Below, in pieces: positions 12,388 through 23,700 of a DNA stretch of 64,000 nt. The stretch's first letter is position 1. Every line of letters starts with the position of its first letter. The notes beneath the pieces are model-generated. The model was not told the DNA's origin. It made no database searches and saw nothing but the letters and a program-made list of their open reading frames with translations. Position numbers and translations under genes: made by a program. The stretch is from Felis catus. Lineage: Eukaryota. The stretch covers positions 7,504,001 to 7,568,000 of the forward strand of contig NC_058369.1 of NCBI RefSeq assembly GCF_018350175.1, read 5' to 3'.

Positions 12388-13589
12388 TTCTAAGTTGTTG
12401 ACCTTGTTGCAATGGGACCTCCCAGTGTGCACGCACGCTTCCATGCTGACCTTTAGTAAAAGTTGGATTCCTTTGCTGGGTTCGTCAGGATAATTAATAA
12501 TAGCTGCTGTAATAAGCAACCCTTCAACATCTCCAGGGCCTAACGCAATCAAGTTATTGATGGACCTCTCCTCGTAGTATTCCTGCAAGCAGTATCTCAG
12601 GGAGGGTGGCTCCTTTCTTTCTGGTTCCATAGGAGACCCTCCTCTTACTTACAGATGTGATCTCCGAGGCCGTCACGGACTGAAAGAACTCAGGGGATCA
12701 AGCAGGAGGTTGTATGGTTACCCACATCCTACTGGCCAAGACCCAGGCACGTGCCCCAACCTAACTGCAAGGCAAGCTGGGAAATGTGTTCTCAATTAGG
12801 GACTTTCAGGAAGAGGAAAACACATAGCATTGGTGTTACCATATGCATTCTTGAGTTAAGGAGGTTTGGAAGAGGAAATAAATGGGAAGCAGGCCTGGGT
12901 GCACAGTGGGGTTGATAGAACAGTGTGGAAAAATCAGCAAAAGCAACAAATCGGGAGAAGAGGGGACCAAGGGAAACACCATCTCCTCAAGAGTCTTCAT
13001 TCGTTTTTGAGGGTTTCTGGGTTCTTCTCTGTGTGTGGGGATACTTCCCCAAATTTCGCATGGCTTTTCCCCTCATCCTTCAGGTCTCTGTGCTCAAATA
13101 TTACCTCTTCAGTGAGGTCTCTCCTGTGACCACCTCATCTCAAATTTACACAACTCCATCACGCTGTAACTTGTTTGATTTTCCTGAAATCACATTACAT
13201 AGCTGTATGTCTGTCTAGTCCGTCTCCCTCAGGAGTAAGATCCCCACATCTCTCTTCTACCCTAGCATTTGGAACAGTGCCTGGCACCGAGTAAATAGTC
13301 GAGACAATAAAACAAGCAACTAAGTAAATGAATGAATGAGTGAACTCATCAATCAACCTCTGAGCCCCAACATTCTTCATAGAGTTACAATCCAGTAATG
13401 TTTATTGAATGCATGAGGGAATCCAGGGCAAGCATTCAGGGGGCCTTGTGGGGCCTGGTGGCAGAGGTGGTAGGGTAAGCTCTGACTTTGAGGGAGACCA
13501 TTCACCCCAACCTGAAACCTATACCTACCCAATCCCTCCTGACCCAACTCAACTACACCAGCCCTCCATCACTCCAATTTGGCACTCAA

Positions 13590-13980
13590 TTGGGCAATGT
13601 CCAGCAACCGATGAATGGATAAACAATGGAATTGTTTCAGACAATGGAAAAATTCCAGACAATGGAATATTATTCAGAAATAAACAGGAATGAAGTACTC
13701 AGAACCAAAGGGCCACATATTACATGATTCCATTTATGAAATACCCAGAATGGGAAAATCCATAGGGACAGAAAGATTAGTGGTTGCCTACCACTGAAAG
13801 GTTTGGGGGAAATGGAAAGTGACTGCTAATGGATATGGGATTTCTTTTTGAGGTGATGAAATTGATTGTGGTGATGGTTGCACAAGTCTGTGAATGTACT
13901 AAAAACCATTTAATTGTATACCTTAAATGGGTGAATTATATGGTAAATGAATTACATCTCAATAAATCTACTTTAAAAAA
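13590..13980 (+). mobile_element. Old LINE-1 3'-end fragment
   Basis: gatgaatggataaac...atggtaaatgaattacatctcaataaa. Confidence 0.7.
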
Positions 13981-14523
13981 CCTCAGCCCAACATCTAACC
14001 TCCAATTCAAGCTGCCTCAAACCCAACTCAGATCTTAACTGATGCCATCTTGACTTGCCAAACTGCCAATCCTCACTCCCCATTCACAGCAACCCCTACT
14101 TAGTTCTACTCAGTTCATCCTACCTCCCACATCAACCCTAATTCATGTCAGTCCAACCTCCAACTCCAGACCCTTACCTCAATCCACTGATTTCCCAACC
14201 TCCAGTTCAGCAGATCCCATCATTAATCCACCGCAAACGCACTCAACTGACTCCAAAGCAGCCTCCAATGACTCATCTTCAAGCCATTTTCAACATAACT
14301 CGACCAACCTCTACCCTCTAACACCCAACTCACCCCGAGGCTCAACTTGTAACTCAATTCTCTCTCCCCCCAACTCATCTCCTGACTCGCCACCCAGATC
14401 TTTGACTTCTAGTCATTTCATCTCAAACCCAAACCACATCCCATGTCACCTCTTGATCCATTCCCTCACCCTCAGCTCAGCCAATGACTCCAGGACTAAC
14501 CAAGATCAACAGAAAGATCTAGC

Positions 14524-14526
<3 letters not shown>

Positions 14527-14570
<44 letters not shown>
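14527..14570. repeat. (CT)n microsatellite
   Basis: Direct inspection. Confidence 0.95.
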
Positions 14571-14572
<2 letters not shown>

Positions 14573-14984
14573 AGTTTGGTGTATTCCTAATAGGTTCACA
14601 TTTTTTTCCCAGCTTTATTGACATAGAATTGACATATGACATTGTCTAAGTATACAACCTGTTGATTTGATACACTTGTATGCTGATCACAACCGTAGCA
14701 TTAGCTAACACTGGCATCACAACACATAATTAAAATTTCTTTTTTGTGTGCTGAAAACATTTAAGATCTCTCTTAGAGATCCGGTGATTTTTGACTCTTC
14801 TTCTAGGGTTCTGAAATGGTAAACGGACCCATCGTCTCCGGTGAGTACCGTTATAATTGGTTTCCCCCACCTCCCGAAGCCACCTCTAGCAAAAGACACT
14901 ATTAAGACAGGTGGTGGCAGATAACCTCAGGTGAGACAAGAGCCTGACCTTAAGAAAGATATAGGCAGCACTAGATGAAAGACA

Positions 14985-15810
14985 CAGGGACACAGTTCAC
15001 TGGTTTATTCTCAGACTTGAGATGCCAAGTATGCCCTATGGCCCCGGAGGGGTGGGGATCATGCTAGAATCTCTCTCATCATATCCCAGCCTTCCCTAAA
15101 GGAGGAAGCAGATTAAATATACAACAGAGGGGATTTTCCCTTTTAATACAGACCCAGGTATAAATAGGGCAGCACCATTAGGATCCTGGCTCACCCCCAC
15201 CATCTTGGCTCCCCCACCACCTGGCATGGCAAGGTGAGTTCGGGGAGATATGGGTGGGGGCAGTACTCAGAGCTGGGCTGAGGCAGTGGAAGGGGCACCC
15301 AGCTCCGTCCGGGGAAGCCCCACTCTTCCCTCTGTAGCCTGACTTCAGCTCCTTCACTGTGAACCCACCTGAAAATAGGAGTGAGCGGAGGGGTCCCAGC
15401 CTGGGATCAGGAGACATCCAGTGCTTAACTACTGGAAAGGGGAGCACCACCAGGTGTTGGGGGCACTGACCGAGGAGTGGGGAGGCAGGCATGGGGGGGG
15501 GGCATTCATCAGCTCTGAGTTAGAAGTTCATTGCATGGGGCCTCGGGGGTGGGGAGCTGAGGGCTGGGCAGGCAGGCAGAGCCAGACTACAGTATGTCAG
15601 CTGTGGTGCAGTGAAGGGAGGCTAGACTTGAGCCAGGGGAGTGCAGCCCCCGGCCCCCTGGAACGGAGAAGGAAGCCTGCTTGACCGTGATGAGTAGACT
15701 CTCCCCTGGCTCCACAGTCACAGGACACGATAAATACGGTGGCTTCAGAGCCTCAGCACCAAAAGTGCCCCGTCTGGGGCTCCCTCATTATCCCTCCCAC
15801 CCCAAGACTC
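14985..15810 (-). other. COL5A3: COL5A3 3'UTR with AATAAA polyadenylation signal at 15004-15009
   Basis: tttatt on the + strand about 800 nt past the stop; the exact cleavage site is inferred. Confidence 0.75.
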
Positions 15811-18800
15811 TCAGCTGCTAAAGCAGACAGGGCCCAGTTCAAACCCAAACTTCTGGTTCGTCTGGCCGAAGTCAGTAGCCGCCACGTCCCACAGAGGCAG
15901 AAACCCCACTTGGGAAGAGCTGAACTCCAAGAGGGTCTTTGTCTGTCCCTTGCGGAGCTGGGAAGACAGAACGGTGAGTTAGCAGGAGGGCAGCCAAAGC
16001 CTCTCCCCACTCTGGCCGGCCCCTGCCCTTCCCCTTACCCGGCAGCCATCGTAGGGGACAGCGATGGTGGCTGCTGTCGTCTGGTTGAAGGACACCTCTT
16101 CCCCGTTGGCCCCGAGGAAGCGGAGGGAGCGGCCGTAGTCGCCTGCAGCTTCGTCCAGCCAGGCGGCAGAGTTCTGGCAGGAGTAGGTGAAGCTCTGGCG
16201 GGCTGTGGCACTCAGCAACTTCAGGAAGGTCATCTGCACCACGTTCACCGGAGACCCGTCAGCGTCCACGTAGGAGAACTGGGGGTGGGACAAAGCAGGA
16301 GGTGAGGGTGCCCCCAGTCACCCCCACTCCTTCTGCGGAACCTCCCTCCCAGGCTCTCCATCCGCGGGCAGACCCACGACCTCTGCCACGTCCCCTTCTT
16401 TGGGGGTGGCCTTACCCGCCATCCAGCCCCCCACGGTTCCCCTGTGAGCCCCCCGGGCGCACGTGGCTACCGAGCACTCGAAATGTGGCCAATCAGATGG
16501 AAACTTTCAACCATGTTACTTAACTGTTTAATTAAAAATTTGTATTTATGCTTTTACTTTAATTCATAAGTAATAACTGAGCCTCCATCCAGGTATCAGA
16601 GAACTTAGGTCGAGTATGCGAATCCACTTTTTCAAAGGCAGATTTTATGAAATCTAAGTATGGATCAAGAACCTCCAATGAAATTTAGTGCCCAAATTAC
16701 GATGTGCTATAAACGTAAAATATGGGTCAGACTCTGCAGAACTCGTAGGGGAGAAATTTTAAATGCCTCAGTAACCTTTATATTGATATGACACTATTTT
16801 AGATGCACTGGGTCAAATAAAATATATTATTAACATAGCACGGGCCTGAGATAGCCTGCTGGGTAATACGTCCCTTCTGGCCTCCTTCTCATCTCTGTAT
16901 CATTTCCATGTGCCCCTACCGATGTTTTCTGGAATCACCTCCCAGATAAAGTACTTGCAACAACTGAGTCTGTGTGGAAGGGTCTGTTTTGGGGGGAACC
17001 CAAACCAAGATACCCCCACGTTATATTACAGCTTTGTTTCTTGGGTTCCTGTCTGCCCGCTTCCTTGGTTATGCTCCCGGTAGAGGATCAACTTCATGAA
17101 GTCAGGAACTGTGTTTGTTATTTGCTGGTACATTCCCGGTGCTTGGCAGATACACGTATGTCATGTAAACAGTTCCCAAGCTGAACCCCAAATCCCCCCA
17201 CCCATCAAACCTGTTCTCATCTACATATCTCAGAATGTCACCAGACACCAGCCCACCAACCTTCTCCTCCCTCCCTTCCATTTCATCAGTGACTAGGTCC
17301 TATTGGCCTCTCTCTTAGATTTTCCAAGCCATGCCCTCCTCCCCACCCCCACAGCACCAGCTCCAGCCTGGGCCACCTCTTCACTCCCTTGGGCCAACAT
17401 GCCAGTCACCACCTCCTCCCCACCTGCCCCGGAAGCATTTTTCTAACTGAGAGGTTAGATTTGGGTCCTTCCCTCACTGAAGCACATTCCATGGCTCCCT
17501 GCTGCTCACAGGTCTTTCTGGGGAGGTGGGCCTAGCCCTCACCTACCTCCCCAGCCTCCTTTCTTACCACATTCCCCTTCACACTTTCTAGAGCAGGGCG
17601 AGTGGCTTTTTCTTTCAATTCCCCAGACCCTCTTTTAACTCTGGACCTTTGTGTATGCTGTTCCCTCTGCCTGGAACACTTTTCCTTGTCCTCCCTAACT
17701 TGCTAACCCAGCTCATTCTTTAGGCCTCAGTTGATCTGGGACTGCTACCAGGACGCCTCTGGGACTTGTAGCACTGCCTCTGGATTTCCACCATACCCTG
17801 GGCTTCCCCCCTTCACATCTGACGTTCCACACACCCCTACCCCGCCCCCAGTCTGCTACCCCTACAAGCCTGCAATCACCATGAAGGCAGAGGTGAGTCT
17901 GCCCTGTTCCTCTCATCCCTCAGAGCCCCTCCTCCAACTCCCCATGCCAGTTCCCACCAGTTTTCATAACATCCCCCACCTCGGTCTGCAGCCGCTCACC
18001 TTCTTCCCTCGACGGAATGTGCTGTACCAGTTTCCCGGCTTTTCCTTGGACCAGGAGGCCATTTTCACCTGGGGATGGGAGGGGGTAGTCAGTGTAGATG
18101 GCCTGGGTGCCGGCCATGTCTTCCTGTATTTACCTCCCAGCACTGAAAGTTGCAGACTGTATACCCCGGACCCTTGAGCTGTTGTTCTCTGGCCATGGGA
18201 GTTGGCTTGGCCGGTGCACAGGGCAGACCATGGGGTTGGGAGTCCCTGCCCTCTGAGGCAGCTCTCCACCAATGACAAGAATGGATGGATAAATGCTCAG
18301 CTCCCTCTCCCTCCCCCACGTGCCTGTTCCACACCATCTCCCAGAAGTCTCCCAGTGGAACTGAGCCTTCAGTGCCCAATGGTGACATTTTAACCCTTAT
18401 CGGCTGCCTCCCCCAGTCCCCTCTCACTTCCCCCCTCCTCTCCCGGTGCCTCCTGCGATCTCCTCCCAAATAAATGACTCGCCCTCAAGTCTTTGTCTCA
18501 GGGTCTGTGTCTGAGGAACCCAAACCTGGATCAGTCTTCACACCCCTCCCCAACACCTCTGGGCCGGAGGAAGCTGAGCTGGTGGGAGAGGCTCAGATGC
18601 CAGCAACTATTTAGAGATCAAATCCTACGTGACCTCGGGGTCTGAGCGTGTCTGTATTCCCATCCACTAGTGTGTAAGGGTGCGGGGGAGGCGGAGGGTT
18701 GAGCTCCCACTAAACCAGGGCTCTGGCCAGTCAAAAATAATCATAAATAAGAGGGACATCACCATGCATTCTTGCAGGTTCTGTGCTGGCTACATACTTT

Positions 18801-20016
18801 ACCGGCAGCAGAGGCATTAGCACAGCACCGCCCATCGGCAGTGTCTAATCAGTGTTCCTGATACATTGCATCAGCACTCAACTGTACAGCCAGTCCATAC
18901 CTTCCTGAGCTCCGTTTTGCAGACGAAAAAAACCCTGTTCCCCCCAGTTTATATCCCAACCCGGGGTTCTAGAGTTGCTGCTGCCTGCCCACTGTCCTCT
19001 GCTGCTGAGCCTGATGGAGAAGCCCAGTATTCCTGGGGGCCCAGGTGGTCTCACCTCCCAGCCCACAGCCTGGAGGGCAATGAGTCCACAGGCCCCTCAG
19101 ATAGCAGATCAGGAGGCAGTGCCTACAGGAGGTTAAGGGCTGGGACTCTGGAGCCAGCCTGCCTTGGGTAATCCTCGGGTAACTTCTCTGTGCCTTAGTT
19201 TCCCTCTCTGGGGGATGATGGCAGAACTGGGCCTCAGTGTTGATGCAGCTTAGTGCTCAGAACAGCCTGGCACACATAAAGCACTATTTAAAGATTTGCC
19301 ACCATTATTGTTTCCTTCACTAGATTTTCTCGTAGAAGGTGAGCTCCATAAAAGCAGAGTTTTGTTTTGGTTCTCGGCTGTGGTCCCAGACCTTCAGACC
19401 TTCACAGGCCTTGGCATACAGCAGGTGCTCAACAAATGTCGGATGAAGTTAGGATAAGGTCCCAAACAAAGCCTGCGTGTGTGTTGGGCAGGGAGGGGAA
19501 GCAGGGGACAGCCTTTGGTGGAGGCGGGAGGACGGGCCCGGGTGATTCGGTTTCCGGTGCCCTCTTTCTCCCTGCGCCCCCTGCCCCCACCCCGCCCAGG
19601 CACTCACGGTCTCAAACTTCTTGTCGGGATAGAGGCAGGTCTCTCCTCCAGCCGTGAAGTTGCAGAAAACCCTGAGCGCGTCCCGCGCACAGCCCTGGTT
19701 GGGGTCAATCCAGTATTCCCCTGCCGCAGAGCCAGGTGGGGTCAGTGAGTCGGGGGCGGGACCCGACGGCTTCCTGCCCACGGGGCCCAGGCAGGGGCGG
19801 GACCTCACCATCCGGCAGGTGCGGGTGGTTGCGGTGCAGTTCACTGCATACGAGGCCCGGGCGCTCAGCTGTGCCGGGAGGGCGCCGCATCTGCTCCAGT
19901 TCGAAGCTCAGCGACGTGAGCGAGGCCAGCACCTCCTCCAGGCCGCCCTCCGGGCCCTCCAGGGGCACAGAGCGCCGCCGCCGCCGGCGCAGCCCGTGCA
20001 GCTCGGCCGGGGGACC
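15811..20016 (-). CDS. COL5A3: COL5A3 exons 63-67, C-telopeptide, polybasic furin site and COLFI C-propeptide
   Basis: [18 protein letters not shown]...[11 protein letters not shown]...[12 protein letters not shown]...QMTFLKLLS...YDGCR...GPVCFSS*; stop at 15811-15813. Confidence 0.96.
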
Positions 20017-20712
20017 CTGAGCGGGGGCGGGGACGGCAGAGGGGAGAGCAGAGATGCGGGAGGAAGAGACAGGAAGAGAGACAAGCAAAGATGAGAGAGA
20101 CAAGGGAGGCAGAGACACACAGGGGTGGGGATAGATAGGAAAAGGGAGAGAGAGATCAAAAAGGGACGGGGGCCATCGAGAGGCAGAGACGGACAGGGAC
20201 ACATAGAAGGGAGACAAAGAAAGACCCAGTGATGGGGAAAGACCGAAGCAGTAACACCGTGGAGGGATCCGCAAGGTGAGGTAAAGAAAGCAGAGGGAGA
20301 GAAAGAAACAGAGACAAAATTGTTCAACAAGTATTTGGAATAGAGACAGAGGCCAGGAGAGATGGAAGGGACGGAGGGAGAGACGGGGGGGGGGGGGAGA
20401 CAGAGTCAAGCAAGACAAGACCCAGTCAGAGCCCCCATGGGTGTTCCCCTAAACCCTCCAACGGAGCCGGCATCCTCCCCCAGCTTTCAAGACACCTCCC
20501 TCCCCACCTGGGTGCCCTGAGCACCTGCTGTGTGCCCCACCCAGTTCTGGGCACTTGGGGACCCAGTGGGACAGACACTCCCAACATACTCCCTGGGGAA
20601 CCTACCGGAGGGCCAGGGGGGCCAGGGGGGCCAGTGTCGCCACGGGGACCAAAGGATCCCTGTAGAGAGAAGTCACTTGGGAGTGAACTCTGTCTATGGA
20701 GACCCCTTCCTG

Positions 20713-20763
<51 letters not shown>

Positions 20764-23700
20764 AGCACTGGGGGAGGGAACTGCAATTTTTTAGCCCCAA
20801 CTATAAAACACTCATTTCCTTTCCATATTTTAACATCTCCGAAATCAAAATCTAACAAATCTTTGGCAAGTCATAGTTTCCTTGTCAGAACTGTTTTTTC
20901 TTCACAGTAGTTTCTAAAATAATGGTGCATCTCACAATCGGTGGCATTTTAGATTTGATAAAAATACAACGGTAGGTGTTGAGTAAATAGTCGAATGCAT
21001 GATTGAATGAGTAAATGAATTAATGCAAAGGGATTGAGGGTGTGGTGACGTTGAAAGGGGTGGGAAGCCGGGATGTGGGAGCCTGAGGGAGTAGTGCATA
21101 CTCACCGGGGAACCTTTTGAGCCCTTCTGTCCCAGAGGACCCTGTGAGGTAGAGACAGGGAGGGCTGGAGTCCCAGCTGCCCCACCACGGTGACCCCACC
21201 CCACAAACCCCTCTTACTCACCGCCACACCTGGGGGCCCAGGGGGGCCCAGAGAGCCGATGGGACCGGGGGGACCCTGAAGAAAGGACACCAAGGTCATC
21301 ACTGATGGGGTTCACCCCTGTGATCCAGGCACATCCCCCAGACAAGCCTCCGGTCCCCTCAAAAAACAGGCCACAGACACAGCCTCCAACCCGCAAATCC
21401 CTAGATGGAGACACCCCCCCCCCGCCATTTTCCCCAGACACAACTCTTATCATTCTAGACCAGGCTTCCCAAGCCCCCCACAGTCTCCAACCCCCACAGT
21501 CTCCAAATAAGCCCCAATTCTTCCCCCCCACCCACCCCTTCCTCTGAATACATTCTTTCCACTTGGGGTAGAACACACACTCACGGGTTCTCCCTTGGGG
21601 CCGGGGGGGCCCTGCACGCCTGGCAACCCCTGATCCCCTTTCTCACCAGCTTCCCCAGGGGGGCCGATGAGGCCAATTAATCCAATGTGGCCCTGGAGGA
21701 CGAGAGAGGCACACACGGGGAAAGAAATATGGTGGGGGGATTGCTGGAGGATTTTTCTTCTAGAGCCTCGGGGTAATGAGGTTGGGAGCAGAGGAGACCC
21801 CAAATTCTCAGCCCTCTGGCCAGGGAGGGAGGTAAATGTGGAGGAGACAGAGGTAACTGGGGGAGAATAATGGAAGGAGGCATCCTTACTTTTTCCCCCT
21901 TGGGGCCAGCATCTCCCTTCAATCCTGGAAGGCCAGAGGGCCCCTGGAGGGAGAGTGAGGCTCAGTTAGTCAGGCTCAAACACAAAATCTCAAGGTTCAT
22001 GTGGGTGATTGGAGGGTAGTCAAATGGGAAATTGCTCATGTTTCAAATGGGAATCATGGGGATGGTCAGGAGAGAGGGCTGATGACAAGGGATAATGAAG
22101 GGCTGGCTGGAGAGGTCCGGTATGAATGGTCCGTGGTCAGGATCGCCGTGGGTGGTCAGTGTCGACTATCAACATAGATGGTCAGTTTGGCTCGTCATGA
22201 TGGTCACTGTGGTCGGTATAAACCACCAAGATGGAGGGTCGGTATAGACCATCAGGATAAGACCATCAAGATAGATGGTTAGTACAGGTGGTCAGATGGA
22301 CTGTCAGTGAGGGGTGAGCCCACGGCACCAGGTGGCCACTGGATGCCCAGTGTGGTTCTCCATGCCGAGACACCAGGGACAAAGAGGTCTCTTACCAGGG
22401 GTCCAGGAGGGCCCATCATTCCAGGAGGTCCCAGGAGGCCTGGTTCACCCTAGGATGAAGCAGAACGTAGGGGTGCTGCACTCGGCCAGACCCCGTGTAG
22501 ATGTCCCCAAAGCCCTCCAGGGTCAGCCACCTCAGGCTGTGATTAGAAAGCATAAGGTGGGTCACACACAGAGGGTCTGATCCCACCCTACTCACCACAG
22601 GGCCGGGGATCCCCCGAAGACCCTCAGGCCCCACACGTCCAGGGGGCCCTCGAGCCCCCACTGGGCCCGTCATCCCTGGGGGCCCGTCGGGACCTGGCTC
22701 CCCCTGAAACAGACCAGGGCAAGGGAAGGGCAGAAAGTCTCAGACAGTTCCTTCCTCCTGGCCTCCCAGCCAAGAACCATCAGGGAGGGGGAAGGAATTG
22801 GGGCACCCGTTCTGATGGCCCATCTGTTGGCCGAGGATCAACACGGGGACCCTCCCTGGGCGGGGGGGTACTCACCTTGGCCCCTTTCTCCCCTTCTTTG
22901 CCTTCTGGACCCATGCGGCCTGAAGGACCCTGAGGAGGGAAAGAGTGTAGGAGGGATGCTTTGGGGGTGAGGGGGCCTGTGGAGGTGGGCGGGGGCCTGT
23001 GGGGGTGAGTGGATCAAAGCTGGAGTGGATCAAAGTGGATCAGCCAGGAGGCAGGTCTCACTTACCCTCTTGCCGGGGGGCCCAGGGGGCCCAGGCTCCC
23101 CAGAAGCTCCAGGCGGACCCTATGGATATGTAACGGTACCAGGGTAGTATTAGCTCACGTCGGTTGAGCAGGGCTATGTGTCAGGATGCCTGTGATCCCA
23201 GGACAGCCTTCCCCAGACATCCCCACAGCACCAGCCGTCTCCCACCTCCTCCATTAAGCTGCTCACCGTCCGTGGTGACGGCCCAGAGCGGCAAAGCAGG
23301 TGCTGTATGGGGGCCCTGGGTACCTCATCAGCCTACTCCTCCGGCCCCCCCAGTCTACCCACTCACCAGCCCCAACCCCCCTCTGCCAGCACGACATGCT
23401 CTGCTCCCCCACTCACCGGTCCCCCAACGTCACCAGGGTCTCCTTTCTCTCCTGGGGAGCCGTCTATACCCTGTGGGGGATGGGAGGGGTCATGGAGGCA
23501 ATACGAGTTTGGGGTGAAGCTTGGGGACACATAAAGCTTATGTGCTCCCCTGACCTTGCCCAAGTCTGTGGAGGGAGGTGAGATGGGGGCAGAATTAGGA
23601 ATATATTGTGGGAGTGGGGGGCTCACACACACCGAAACTCCTGGGTCTCCGGGGGGGCCTAGATCTCCTGGGAGCCCAGTGGGGCCCTGGAAGACAGAAT

